Source: Azolla caroliniana
Taxonomy: Eukaryota; Plantae; Polypodiophyta
DNA: 64,000 nucleotides
Direction of reading: 5' to 3'
Assembly (NCBI GenBank): GCA_043228905.1
Contig: JBHGNT010000020.1
Location: forward strand, 930,001-994,000
Under the pieces are notes generated by a model. The model was not told the DNA's origin, did not search any database, and was given only the letters and a program-made list of their open reading frames with translations. A program made the translations under genes and the position numbers. Positions 37,836-52,350 of the stretch are shown here, one piece after another (position 1 is the stretch's first letter; the number at the start of each line of letters is the position of its first letter).

Positions 37836-40753
37836 TACCATGTTATTTCAACCAGGACTCACGATCTACAATAGAAATCTATTGAAGACCCTGTCGTAAT
37901 GTTACTTTCTTCGACAGTTTCATTAGCAGAGGTTTAAATGTCTCCAACAAATTCATGTCCTATAAATATTTTGTGCAAAAACCGTCTGAATAAACTAGAT
38001 TCCTTTTTATCTTATAAGAAACATAGCGTCACCTTCTGGTCGCTCACATAATACATAGAAAACATCAAGGAGTCAGGTTTGATATGAGATATTTGTGCGG
38101 CTTTAGCCGTACAAATAGGATATTTTTCTGGAAAGCAATATCCAACGTTTCAATATTCCGCAAGCGCAAGCTATGTCCTTTACAGCGATACTCGAATTGG
38201 ATAGACAAAATGTATTCGAAAGATTCGAGAATATAAAATTGTTGAATGACTCTCATAATTAGATTGTAAGAATAAGAGATAAAAATGAATTAATCTGTTG
38301 ATTAGATTACATAGCTTGGTTTTCTTGATTTCTTTCATTTGTATGCGAGAAGAAAGTAAGGTTCAGTTTTTATTCGATTGTTGAATGACTTTCATAATTA
38401 GATTGTAAGAACAAGAGATAAAAATGAATTAATTTGTTGATTAGCTTACAAAGCTTGGTTTTGTGGATTTCTTTCATTTGTATGCGAGAAGAAAGTAAGG
38501 TGCAGTTTTTATTCGTACAGGTATAGGACTCCCTCAATTATGCGACTACTCAACAATAATTTTATCTTGCCTATTTCAAGTTTCTCATAAGATACCACAG
38601 AAGTAGATGGAAATTGCGCTTGTAGTCCAACGGTTAGGATAATTGCCTTCCAAGCAATAGACCCGAGTTCAATTTTCGGCAAGCGCATACCATGTTATTT
38701 CAACCAGTACTCACGATCTACAACAGAAATTTATTGAAGTCCCTGTCGTAATGTTACGTTCTTCGACAGTTTCATTAGCAGAGGTTTAAATGTCTCCAAC
38801 AAATTCATGTCCGATAAATATTTTGTGCAAAAACCGTTTGAATAAACTAGATTCCTTTTTATCTTATAAGAAACATAGCGTCACCTTCTGGTCGCTCACA
38901 TAAAACATAGAAAACATCAAGGAGTCAGGTTTGATATGAGATATTTGTGTGGCTTTAGCCGTACAAATAGGATATTTTTTTGAAATCAATAACCAACGTT
39001 TCAATATTCCGCAAGCGCAAGCTATGTCCTTTACAGCGATACTCGAATTGGATAGACAAAATGTATTCGAAAGATTCGAGAATATAAAATTGTTGAATGA
39101 CTCTCATAATTAGATTGTAAGAACAAGAGATAAAAATGAATTAATCTGTTGACTAGCTTACATAGCTTGGTTTTGTTGATTTCTTTCATTTGTATGCGAG
39201 AAGAAAGTAAGGTTCAGTTTTTATTCGTACAGGTATAGGACTCCCATAATTATGCGACTACTCAACAATAATTTTATCTTGCGTATTTTAAGTTTCTCAT
39301 AAGCTTCGACTGAAGAAGATGGAAATTGCGCTTGTAGTTCAACGGTTAGGATAATTGCCTTCCAAGTAATAGACCCGACTTCAACTCTCGGCAAGCGCAT
39401 ACCATGTTATTTCAACCAGTACTCACAATCTAAAATAGAAATCTATTGAAGTCCCTGTCGTAATGTTACGTTCATCGACAGTTTCATTAGCAGAGGTTTA
39501 AATGTGTCCAACAAATTCATGTCCTATAAATATTTTGTGTAAAAACGGTTTTAATAAACTAGATTCCCTTTTATCTTATAATAAACATAGCGTCACCTTA
39601 TGGTCGCTCACATAAAACATAGAAAACATCATGGAGTCAGGATTGATATGAGATATTTGTGCGGCTTTAGTCGTACAAATAGGATATTTTTCTTGAAAGC
39701 AATAACCAACGTTTCAATATTCCGCAAGCGCAAGCTATGTCCTTTACAGCGATACTCGAATTGGATAGACAAAATGTATTCGATAGATTCGAGAATATAA
39801 AATTGTTGAATGACTCTCATAATTAGATTATAAGAACAAGAGATAAAAATGAATTAATCTGTTGATTAGCTTACGTAGCTTGGTTTTGTTGATTTCTTTC
39901 ATTTGTATGCGAGAAAAAAGTAAGGTTCAGTTTTTGTTCGTACAGGTATAGGACTCCCATAATTATGCGACTACTCAACAATAATTTTATCTTGCGTATT
40001 TTAAGTTTCTCATAAGCTTCGACTCAAGAAGATGGAAATTACGCTTGTAGTCCAACGGCTAGGATAATTGCCTTCCAAGCAATGGACCCGAGTTCAACTC
40101 TCCGCAAGCGCATACCATGTTATTTCAACCAGTACTCACGATCTAAAATAGAAATTTGTTGAAGTCCCTGTCGTAATGTTACGTTCTTCGACAGTTTCAT
40201 TAGCAGAGGTTTAAATGTCTCCAACAAATTGATGTCCTATAAATATTTTGTGCAAAAACGGTTATAATAAACTAGATTCCTTCTTATCTTATAAGAAACA
40301 TAACGTCACCTTCTTGTCGCTGACATAAAACATAGAAAACATTAACGACTTGGGTTTGATATTAGATATTTGTGCGGCTTTAGCCGTACAATTAGGATAT
40401 TTTTCTTGAAAGCATTAACCAACGTTTCAATATTCCGCAAGGGCAAGCTATGACCTTTAAAGTGATACTCGAATTGGATAGAAAAAATGTATTCCATAGA
40501 TTCGAGAATATAAAATTGTTGAATGACTTTCATAATTAGATTGTAAGAACAAGAGATAAAAATGATTTAATCTGTTGAATAGCCTACATAGCTTGGTTTT
40601 GTGGATTTCTTTCATTTGTATGCGAGAAGAAAGTAAGTTGCAGTTTTTATTCGTACAGGTATAGGACTCCCTTAATTATGCGACTACTCAACAATAATTT
40701 TATCTTGCCTATTTTAAGTTTCTCATCAAATTCCACAGAAGTAGATGAAAATT

Positions 40754-40825
40754 GCGCTTGTAGTCCAACGGTTAGGATAATTGCCTTCCAAGCAATAGAC
40801 CCGAGTTCAACTCTCGGCAAGCGCA
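40754..40825 (+). tRNA. tRNA-Gly(TCC), consensus
   Basis: Same as 25779. Confidence 0.85.
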
Positions 40826-42178
40826 TACCATGTTATTTCAACCAGTACTCACGATCTACAACAGAAATTTGTTGAAGTCCCTGTCGTAATTTTACGTTCT
40901 TCGAGAGTTTCATTAGCAGAGGTTTAAATGTCTCCAACAAATTGATGTCCTATAAATATTTTGTGCAAAAACCGTTTGAATAAACTAGATTCCTTTTAAT
41001 CTTATAAGAAACATAGCGTCACCTTCTCGTCGCTCACATAATACATTTATAATATTAAGGAGTCAGGTTTGAATTGAGGTATTTGTACGGCTTTAGCCGT
41101 ACAATCAGGATATTTTCCTTGAATGCAATAACCAATGTTTCAATATTCCGCAAGTGCAAGCTATGTCCTTTAGAGCGATTATCGAATTGGATAGAGAAAA
41201 TGTATTCGATAGATTCGAGAATATAAGATTGTTGAATGACTTTCATAATTAGATTGTAAGAACAAGAGATAAAAATGAATTAATATGTTGATTAGCTTAC
41301 AAAGCTTGGTTTTGTGGATTTCTTTCATTTGTATGCGAGAAGAAAGTAAGGTGCAATTTTTATCCGTACAGGTATAGGACTCCCTCAATTATGCGACTAC
41401 TCAACAATAATTTTATCTTGCCTATTTCAAGTTTCTCATAAGATACCACAGAAGTAGATGGAAATTGCGCTTGTAGTCCAACGGTTAGGATAATTGCCTT
41501 CCAAGCAATAGACCAGAGTTCAATTCTCGGCAAGCGCATACCATGTTATTTCAACCAGTACTCACGATCTACAACAGAAATTTATTGAAGTCCCTGTCGT
41601 AATGTTACGTTCTTCGACAGTTTCATTAGCAGAGGTTTAAATGTCTCCAACAAATTCATGTCCTAGAAATATTTTGTGCAAAAACCGTTTGAATAAACTA
41701 GATTCCTTTTTATCTTATAAGAAACATAGCGTCACCTTCTGGTCGCTCACATAGAACATAGAAAACATCAAGGAGTCAAGTTTGATATGAGATATTTGTG
41801 TGGCTTTAGCCGTACAAATAGGATATTTTCTTGAAAGCAATAACCAACGTTTCAATATTCCGCAAGCGCAAGCTATGTCCTTTACAGCGATACTCGAATT
41901 GGATAGACAAAATGTATTCGAAAGATTCGAGAATATAAAATTGTTGAATGACTTTCATAATTAGATTGTAAGAACAAGAGATAAAAATGAATTAATCTGT
42001 TGACTAGCTTACATAGCTTGGTTTTGTTGATTTCTTTCATTTGTATGCGAGAAGAAAGTAAGGTTCAGTTTTTATTCGTACAGGTATAGGACTCCCATAA
42101 TTATGTGACTACTCAACAATAATTTTATCTTGCCTATTTTAAGTTTCTCATAAGTTTCGACTCAAAAAGATGGAAATT

Positions 42179-42250
42179 GCGCTTGTAGTCCAACGGTTAG
42201 GATAATTGCCTTCCAAGTAATAGACCCGAGTTCAACTCTCGGCAAGCGCA
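42179..42250 (+). tRNA. tRNA-Gly(TCC) with G30:U40
   Basis: Anticodon stem ATTGC/GTAAT; otherwise consensus. Confidence 0.65.
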
Positions 42251-43578
42251 TACCATGTTATTTCAACCAGTACTCACAATCTAAAATAGTAATTTGTTGA
42301 AGTCCCTGTCGTAATGTTACGTTCTTCGACAGTTTCATTAGCAGAAGTTTAAATGTCTCCAACAAATTGATGTCCTATAAATATTTTGTGCAAAACCCGT
42401 TTTAATAAACTAGTTCCCTTTTTATCTTATAAGAAACATAGCGTCACCTTTTGGTCGCTCACATAAACCATAGAAAATATCATGGAGTCAGGTCTGATAT
42501 GCGATATTTGTGCGGCTTTAGCCGTACAAACAGGATATTTTTCTTGAAAGCAATAACCAACGTTTCAATATTCCGCAAGCGTAAGCTATGTCCTTTAAAA
42601 CGATATTCGAATTGGATAGACAAAATGTATTCGAAAGATTCGAGAATATAAAATTGTTGAATGACTCTCATAATTAGATTGTAAGAACAAGAGATAAAAA
42701 TGAATTAATCTGTTGATTAGCTTACATAGCTTGGTTTTGTTGATTTCTTTCATTTGTATGCGAGAAGAAAGTAAGGTTCAGTTTTTATTCGTACAGGTAT
42801 AGGACTCCCATAATTATGCGACTACTCAACAATAATTTTATCTTGCCTATTTTAAGTTTCTCATAAGCTTCGACTCAAGAAGATGGAAATTGCGCTTGTA
42901 GTCCAACGGTTAGGATAATTGCCTTCCAAGTAATAGACCCGACTTCAACTCTCGGCAAGCGCATACCATGTTATTTCAACCAGTACTCACAATCTACAAT
43001 AGAAATCTATTGAAGTCCCTGTCGTAATGTTACGTTCTTCGACAGTTTCATTAGCAGAGGTTTTAATGTCTCCAACAAATTGATGTCCTATAAATATTTT
43101 GTGCAAAAACGGTTATAATAAACTAGATTCCTTCTTATCTTATAAGAAACATAACGTCACCTTCTTGTCGCTGACATAAAACATAGAAAACATTAACGAC
43201 TTGGGTTTGATATTAGATATTTGTGCGGCTTTAGCCGTACAATTAGGATATTTTTCTTGAAAGCATTAACCAACGTTTCAATATTCCGCAAGGGCAAGCT
43301 ATGACCTTTAAAGTGATACTCGAATTGGATAGACAAAATGTATTCCATAGATTCGAGAATATAAAATTGTTGAATGACTTTCATAATTAGATTGTAAGAA
43401 CAAGAGATAAAAATGATTTAATCTGTTGAATAGCCTACATAGCTTGGTTTTGTGGATTTCTTTCATTTGTATGCGAGGGGAAAGTATAGGACTCCCATAA
43501 TTATATGACCACCCAACAATAATTTTATCTTGCCTATTTTAAGTTTCTGATAAGCTTCCAAAGTAGTAGATTGAAATT

Positions 43579-43650
43579 GCGCTTGTAGTCCAACGGTTAG
43601 GATAATTGGCTTCCAAGCAATAGACCCGAGTTCAACTCTCGGCAAGTGCA
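43579..43650 (+). tRNA. tRNA-Gly(TCC) variant (duplicate of 326-397)
   Basis: Identical to 326-397. Confidence 0.55.
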
Positions 43651-46600
43651 TACCATGTTATTTCAACCCTTTCGTAATGTTACGTTCTTCGAAAGTTTCA
43701 CTAGAAGAGGTTAAAACGTCTCCAACAAATTGAAGTACAGATTGAAAGCAATTACCAACGTTTCAATATTCCGCAAGCGAATGTTATGTCCTTTAGTGCG
43801 ATACTCGAATTGGATAGACAAAACGTATTCGATAGATTCGAGAATATAAAATTGTTGAATGATTTTCATAATTAGATTATAAGAACAAGAGATAAAAATG
43901 AATTAATCTGTTGATTAGCTTACATAGCTTGGTTTTGTGGATTTCTTTCATTTGTATGCGAAAAGAAAGTAAGGTTCAGTTTTTATTCGTACAGGTATAG
44001 GACTCCCATAAATATGCGACTACTCAACAATAATTTTATCTTGCCTATTTTATGTTTCACATAAGCACTAGAAGTATCGCGCTTGTAGTCTAACGGTTAG
44101 GATAATTGCCTTCTAGGCAATAGACCCGAGTTCAACTCTCGGCAAGTGTATACCATGTTATTTCAACCAGTACTCACGATCTAAAACAGAAATCTATTCA
44201 AGTCCCCTTCGTAATGTTACGTTCTTGCAGTTCTTGCAGAGTTTCATTGGCAGAGGTTAAACTGTTTCCAACAAATTGAAGTCCTATAAATAATTTGTCC
44301 AAAAACTGTTTTAATAAACTAGATACGTTTTTATCTTATAAGAAACTTAGAATCACCTTTTGGTCACTCACATAAATCATAGAAAACATTAAGCACTCAG
44401 GTTTGATATGAGATATTTGTGCGACTTTAGAAGTATAATTAGAATATTTTTTTTCAATGCAATAAGCAACGTTTCAATATTCCGCAAGCGCATGCTATGT
44501 CCTTTAGAGCGGTACTCAAATTGGATAAAAAAAATGTATTCGATAGATTCGAGAATATAAAATTGTTCACTAACATTCATAAGTAGATTGTAAGAACAGG
44601 AGATCAAATTGAATTAATCTGATGAGTAGCTTACATATGTTGTTTAAGTGGATTTCTTGCATTTTTATGCGAGAAGAAAGTAAGGTTCAGGTTTTATTCG
44701 TATAGGTATACGACTCCCATAATTATGCGACTACTCAACAATAATTTTATCTTGTGTATTTTATGTTTTTGATAATGTTCCACTGGAAGTAGGTGGAAAT
44801 TGCGCTTGTAGGCCAACGGTTAGGTTAATTCCCTTCCAAGCAATAGACACGAGTTCAACTCTCGACAAGTGCATGCCATGTTATTTCAATCAGTACTCAG
44901 GATATAAAAGAGAAATCTATTGAAATCCGTTTTATAATGTTATGTTCTTCAATAGTTTCATTAGCAATAAATTAAAGTCCTATAAATTGAAGTTCAAATT
45001 GAAAGCAATAACCAACGTTTGAATATTCCGCAAATGCATGTTTTGTCCTTTAGAGCGGTACTCGAATTGGATAAACAAAATCTATTCGATGACTTTCATA
45101 ATTAGAGAGTTTCAATATTCCGAAGGCGCACGCTATGTCCTTTAGAGCGGTACTTCAATTGGATAAACAAAATCTATTCGATTAGATTCGAGAATATAAA
45201 ATTGTTGGATGAGTTTCATAACTACATTGTAGAAACAAGAGATCAAATTAAATTATTCTGATGTTTAGCTTAAAAAGGCTATTTTTGTGGACTTGTTTCA
45301 TGTGTATGCGAGAAGAAAGTAAGCCTCACTATTTGTTCGCTCAGGTATAGGACTAACATTTACATGCGACTACTCAACAATAATTTTCTCTCCTATATTT
45401 TTTGTTTTTGACAAACTTCCCTTCGAAGCAAGGTTAAATTGTGCTTGTAGTCCAACGGTTAGGATAATTGCCTTCCAAGCAATAGATCCGAGTTCAACTC
45501 TAGCCCTAGCTACTTGTGAGCCTCTAGCCCTACATTTACGATATTTTTCTTGAAAGCAATAGACTACGTTTCATAACTAGATTCTAAGAACACGGGAAAA
45601 AATTGAATTAATAAGATATATTGCTCAAATAAGCTATTTTTAAGGACTTCTTTCATTTGTATGCTAGAAGAATGTAAGGCTTACTATTCGTTCACTTAAG
45701 TAACAATTGGTAAAGGTTAAGGACTAACATTGATATGCAAGTACTCCACAATACTTTTACCATGTATGTGTTTTGTTTGCGATGAAATTACGTTGGAAGT
45801 AGGCTCAAATTATGCTTGTAGTCCATAATAATCGTGAGTTCAACTCTCGGCAAGCGCACACCATGTTATTTCAAGCACTACTTACTATCGAAAAGAGAAA
45901 TATATTCAATTCCCTTCGACAATTTCACGTTGTTGGAGAGTTTCATTAGCAGAGTTTAAAAACTCTCCAACAAATTGAATTCTTATAAATATTTGGTCAT
46001 AAAACGGTCTCTCTAAACTAGTTTCGTTCTTATCTTATAAAGAATGTTAGAGTCACCCTTAGCTCTCTCTCATAAAAAAAGGTAAAGATCAAGGACTCAA
46101 GTTCATGTGAGATATTTGTGCGCCTGTAGGCCTAATTTTAGGATATTTTTCTTCCAAGAAATAGACCATGTTTGAACATTCCTCAACAACACGCTATGTG
46201 TTTTAGAGTAGTACTTCAATTGGACATGCAAAATCTATACGATTTGATTCGAGAATATAACATTGTTGGACGAGTTTCATAACTAGATTGCAAGAACATG
46301 GGAAAAGATTGAATTAATCTTATGTTTAAGTCAAAGAAGTTGTTTTTGTGGAATTGTTTGATTTATATGCGAGAAGAAAGTAAGGCTCAATATTTATTCG
46401 CATATGTGTAGGACACACATTTATATGCAACTACTCAACAATAATTTTATCTTTTCTATTTTTTGTTTTTAATAAACTTCCATTGGAAGCAGGTGGAAAT
46501 GGCGCTTGTCTATTCAAGTCCCTTTGATAATTTTATCTTGACTATTCAAGTCCATTTGATAATGTCACGTTCTTCGAGAGTTTCACAAGTAGAGGCTAAA

Positions 46601-48961
46601 AAGTCTCCAACAAATTGAATTCCTATAAATATTTGGTCGAAAAAGGGTTTCACTAAACTAGATTCGTTTTTATCTGATAAGAAAGTTCGGGTCACTTCTT
46701 GCTCGCTCACATAAAACATGGTAAAGATTAAGGACTTAGGTTTGATATGAGATATTTGTGCGGCTTTAGCCGTACAATTAGGATATTTTTGTTGAAAGCA
46801 ATAACCAACGTTTCAATATTCCAAGCGCAAGCTATGTCCTATCGAGCGGTATTTCAATTCGATAAAAAAAATCTATTCAATTCGATTCGAGAATATAAAA
46901 GTGCTCTATAAGTTTCATAACTTGATTGTAAGAAGACAAGATCAAATTGAGTTAATCTGATGTTTCTCTTAAACAAGCTACTTATTCGCACATGTATAGG
47001 ACACATTTATATGCGACTAATCAACTATAATTTTATCTTGTCCATTTTTTGCTTTTGATAAACTTCCCTCGGAAGCAAGTTTAAATTGCGCCTGTAGTCC
47101 AATAGTTAAGATAATTGCCTTCCAAGCAATAGACCTGAGTTCAACTGTCGACAAGCGTATACCATGTTATTTCAAACAGTACTGGGGATCTAAAATAGAA
47201 ATCTATTCAAGTTCCTTTGAGAATGTCACGTTCTTTCAAAGTTTCACTAGTAGAGGTTAAAAAGTCTCCAACAAATTAAATTCCTATAAATATTTGCTCC
47301 AAAAATGGTTTTACTAAACTAAATTCATTTTTATCTTATACGAAACTTACAGTCACCTTTTAGTTGGTCACATAAAACATGCAGAAGATTTAGGACTCAG
47401 GTTTGATATGAGATATTTGTGCGGCTATAGCCCTACAATTAGGATATTTTTCTTGAAAGCAATAACTAACGTTTCAATATTTCGCAAGCCTAAGCTATAT
47501 CCTTTAGAGCGGTATTTTAATTGGATAAACAAAATCTATTCGATTAGATTCGAGAATATAAAATTGCTGGATGATTTGCATTACTAGATTGTAAGAACAC
47601 GAGATCAAATTGAATTAATATGATGTTTAGCTTAAACAAGCTGTTTTTATGGACTTGTTTCATTTGTATGCAAGAATAAAGTAAGGTTCACTATTTATTC
47701 GCTCAGGTATAGCACTCACATTTATATGCGACTACTCAACAATAATTTTATCTTGTGTATTTTTTGTTTTTGATAAACTTCCAATCAACAATCAGGTTGA
47801 AATTGTGCTTGTAGTCCAACGGTTAGGATAATTGCCTTCCAAGCAATAGACCCGAGTTCAACTCTCTGCAGGCGGATACCACCTTATTGCAACCAGTACT
47901 CACGATCTAAAAGAGAAATCTATTCAAGTCTCGTTGATAATGTCACGTTCTTCGAGAGTTTCATTAGCAGAGGTTAAAAAGTCTCCAACAAATTGAAGTC
48001 CTATAAATATTTGGTCCAAAAACGGTTTTAATAAATTAGATTCGTTTTTATCTTATCAGAAACTTAGGGTCACCTTTTGGTCGCTCACATAAAACATAGA
48101 AAACATTAAGGACTCAAGTTTGATATGAGATATTTGTGTAGCTTTAGTCATACAATTAAGATATTTTTCTTGAAAGCAATAACCAACGTTTCAATATTCC
48201 GCAAGCGCAAGCTATATCCTTTAGAGCGGTATTTCAATTGGATAAACAAAATCTATTCGATTAGATACGAGAATATAAAATTGTTGGATAAGTTTCATAA
48301 CTAGATTATAAGAACACAGGTATAGGAGTCACATTTATATGTGACTACTCAACCATAATTTTATTTTGTATATTTTTTATTTTTAACAAACTTCCCTTGG
48401 AAGTAGGTTTAAATTTTGCTTGTAGTCCAACGGTTAGAATAATTGCCTTCCAAGTCACACACCCGAGTTCAACTCTCGGCAAGCCCATACCATGTTATTT
48501 CATCCAATACTCACGATCTAAGAGAGAAATCTCGTCAAGTCCCTTTGATAATGTTACGTTCTTTGAGAGTTTCATTACCACAGGTTAAAAAGTCTCCAAC
48601 AAATTGAATTCCTCTAAATATTTGGTCCAAAAACGGTTTCAATAAACTAGATTCGTTTTTATCTTTATAAGAAACTTCGGGTTAGCTTTTGCTCGCTCAC
48701 ATAAAACATGGAAAAGATTAAGGACTCAGGTTTTATATGAGATATTTGTGCGGCTATTGCCGTATAATTAGGTTATTTTTCTTGAAAGCAATAACCCACG
48801 TTTCAATATTTCGCAAGCGCACCCTATGTGCTTTACAACGGTATTTCAATTGGATAAACAAAATCTATTCAAGTTTATTCGAGAATATAAAATTGTTGGA
48901 TGAGTTTCATAACTAGATTGTAAGAACATGAGATCAAATGGAATTAATCTGATGTTTAGCT

Positions 48962-49869
48962 TCGTGTGATAGGGCCAATTGACCTCTTCTACCGCCGCGA
49001 CCTCGTCCTCGATCACCGTCCGAATTCGAGAAGAACATTTGTCCTTCCGAACTCAAGAAGAACATTGATTGGAGTTCAAAGAATGAAGAATGGTTTTCTC
49101 TCGCCAAGATTGTCGTCTGGAATGGATCGAATTGTTCTGCGAGGCCGCCCAACCATACTTGGACCATCTCGTCTTCGTCGATGTTTATGTTGATGGAGCC
49201 AAGTGAGTTGCAAATGCTCTTAATTTGGGCGGTTTAGTCCAACAGGGACATGTCTTTTTGTAGAATGTTATTCAACTCTTGTCGGAGTTGAAGCTTGCGG
49301 GAGGTCGTGTTGGCGGCGAACATTTTCTTTAAGTTCTCCCACGCATCTTTGGGCGTCTTGGTGTCTGGAATGTTGCTAAGCATGTGGTCGTGGACACATG
49401 TTGCCAACCAATACATGACTTGACTCGCCGCTTGCTCCGATGTTGTCGGGTCAATTGTCTTGAACGCCGTTGATGTAGCTCCAATACCCATGGCTAACGA
49501 GGTATTGGGTCATCTTGTACTCCCAAGATGAATAATTGCTGCAGTCTTGCTTTTCACTAGGGAGCAAGCTACGCATTTGTGTGGTCATGTTGATTGTAGT
49601 GTCTTCTCTTCTTTTGCTTTTCTTCCTTCGATCATGTACACGTGCTACGTAGCGGCACTACGGTAGTCGATATCCGAATTTTGTCGTTAGCGTCTCGAAT
49701 ACACAATCACAGAGTTGGGTGGGCTTAGGGGATTTTGTAAACCACACGCTCTGATACCATGTTAAGAATTAGGTGATTAATTAAGCAAGGGCTAATTAGT
49801 ACCTAATTATGTGATTAGTTGATAGACGGAAGATTAAGTGATATGTGTGTGTTTATGTGTGTGAAAAGA

Positions 49870-49904
<35 letters not shown>

Positions 49905-50247
49905 TAGAGAGAGAGAGACCGAGATACGCTTATGAACAACACAAGATGGGGGATGAGTAACTATATTAGATTAGCATTAACATCATCATCAAATACAAAA
50001 ATACCTACAATGAGGTATATATAGATCTCATGTGCAAGGGTGCACATGTGTGAGGATAATATACGTACAAACGTGTAAGTCCTATATTAAATGTACTTGG
50101 GAGTGGAGGATCTAGAATATCCCACTTATGTACAACGTATTATTTAAGGCGTTATAGTCAACACTTCTAACTCGATTCTGTCTAGGTAACTACGAAGTTA
50201 CATGGTTGAATAACTAACTAAAGTAAGTTTAGCTTGATCTCTCAAGA
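48962..50247 (-). mobile_element. Truncated Ty1/copia fragment, copy 2
   Basis: Same junctions as copy 1; PBS 49748-49759; gag fragments 49234-49491 and 48934-49167. Confidence 0.9.
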
Positions 50248-51308
50248 AGCTCAAACAAGTTGTTTTTGTGGACTTGTTTCATTTGTATGCTAGAATACAG
50301 TAGGGCTCACTATTCGTTCGCTTAGGTAACAATTGGTAACGGTTAAGGACTCACATTGATATGCAAGTAGTCCACAATACTTTTATCTTCTATATTTTTT
50401 GTTTGTGATGAAATTCCACTGGAAGTGGGCTCAAATTACGCTTGTAGTCTAACGGTTAGGATAATTACCTTCCAAGCAATAAACCCGAGTTCAACTCTCG
50501 ACAAGTGCACACCATGTTAATTCAACCACAACCTATGATTGGAAAGAGAACTCCATTCAAATCCCTTTGACAATGTGACATTGTTCAAGAGTTTCAGTAA
50601 CAGAGTCTAAAAACTCTCCAAAAAATTGAATTCCTATAAATATTTGGTCCAAAAACGGTTTCAATAAACTAGATTCGTTTTTATCTTATAGGAAACGTAG
50701 GGTCAACTTTTGCGCGCTAACATACAACATGGAAAAGATTAAGGACTCAGGTTTTATATGAGATATTTGTGCGGCTTTAGCCGTACAATTAGGTTATTTT
50801 TCTTGAAAACAATAACCCACGTTTCAATATTTCGCAAGCGCACCATATGTCCTTTACAACGGTATTTCAATTGGATAAACAAAATCTATTTAATTTTATT
50901 CGAGAATATAAAATTGTTGGATGAGTTTCATAACTAGATTGTAAGAACATAGGTATAAGAGTCACATTTATATGTGACTACTCAACCATAATTTTATCTT
51001 CTGTATTTTTTGTTCTTAACAAACTTCCCTTAAAAGTAGGTTGAAATTTTGCTTGTAGTCCAACGGTTAGAATAATTGCCATCCAAGCGATAGACCCGAG
51101 TTCAACTTTCGGCACGCGCATACCATGTTATTTCATCCAGTACTCACGATCTAAGAGAGAAATCTATTCAAGTCCCTTTGATAATGTCACGTTCTTCGAG
51201 AGTTTCATTAGAAAAGGTTAAAAAGTCTCCAACAAATTGAATTCCTCTAAATATTTGCTCCAAAAACGGTTTCAATAAACTAGATTCATATTTATCTTTA
51301 TAAGAAAC

Positions 51309-52055
51309 TGTTGGGAAACAGGTCCCTCCGGATGGGAAGGAAGAAGATCAGTGACGATGAACAAACCCGGTGAAGACCGGATGAGGAGTACCTGGCTACG
51401 GAGAGCCGGATGATACAGACCCGGTGTGAACCGGATGAGGAGTACCCGGCTACGGAGAGCCGGATGGTGCAGGCCCAGTATGAACCGGATGAGGAGTACC
51501 CGGCTACGGAGAGCCGGATGGTGCAGGCCCGGTATGAACCGGATGAGGAGTACCCCGCTACGGAGAGCCGGATGGTGCAGACCCGGTATGAACCGGAGGA
51601 AGAGACATATTCGTAAATATGTTTCGGAGAGCCCATTCTGGCTATATTTGTAAATAGCCGAAAAGTCATATTAGTATAAATATGACTTAGGGCAAACTAA
51701 TATTGGGTTGTTGTCAATTTTTCTGTATTACACGATATTAGTGTGCGTAACGTTGTACACAAAAAGAGAGAGAGAGAAAGAGGTCGCTGCCTCTGTTGTA
51801 ACCGCCGCCTGTGGCGAAGAGCGTGAGTCCGAGGTCGTTGCCTCCGTGAACTCACTGTTTTGTACATTCATACATAGTGACAGTTTGCAGCCTGTGGGCT
51901 GCCGTGGTTTTTCCTCTAGTTTGGGGTTTTCCACGTAAACCTCCTGTGTACCATTTCTCTTCTTTGTGTCGCGTTTCATTACCTGTTTTTCTGTGTATGA
52001 AAAGAATCTCGGTTGTGGCCGAGTCTTGCGCATAAGGAACGACAAGTTCCTGTTA
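51309..52055 (+). mobile_element. Solo LTR (copia-like), 747 bp
   Basis: TGTTGG...CCTGTTA (terminal CA read as TA); TSD GAAAC at 51304-51308 and 52056-52060; TATAAATA near 51675; GTGGTTTTTCC...GGGTTTTCCACGTAAA motif; empty paralogous sites at 5394 and 48671. Confidence 0.88.
51377..51598 (+). repeat. 4 x 54-bp CCGG-rich tandem repeat in LTR U3
   Basis: CCGGATGAGGAGTACC recurs at 51377, 51431, 51485 and 51539. Confidence 0.92.
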
Positions 52056-52350
52056 GAAACTTAGGGTCAGCTTTTGCTCGCTCACATAAAACATGGAAAA
52101 GATTAAGGACTCAGGTTTTATATGAGATATTTGTGCGGCTTTTGTCGTATAACTAGGTTATTTTTCTTGAAAGCAATAACCGACGTTTCAATATTTCGCA
52201 AGCGCACCCACCCTATGTCCTTTACAACGGTATTTCAATTGGATAAACAAAATCTATTCAATTTTATTCGGGAATATAAAATTGTTGGATGAGTTTCATA
52301 ACTAGATTGTAAGAACATGAGATCAAATGGAATTAATCTTATGTTTAGCT

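Larger units (their letters stand above)
38380..43480 (+). repeat. ~2851-bp four-monomer higher-order repeat (about 1.8 copies)
   Basis: Diagnostic monomers recur at +2851 (ORFs 39629/42480 and 40342/43193; GATACCACAGAAGTAG at ~38591 and ~41442). Confidence 0.8.
43254..50650 (+). repeat. Near-identical segmental duplicate of 1-~7400
   Basis: Offset is 43253 (ORFs 210/43463 and 1136/44389 identical), then 43277 after a 24-bp indel near 45505 (5120/48397). Unique deletion junctions and the copia fragment are shared. Confidence 0.93.

Noticed and set aside
51298-51669. Repeat-protein ORFs (EPDEEYPATESRM...) or a CRISPR-like array
   Set aside because: These are 54-bp tandem repeats inside a solo LTR, open in several frames, with no unique spacers.
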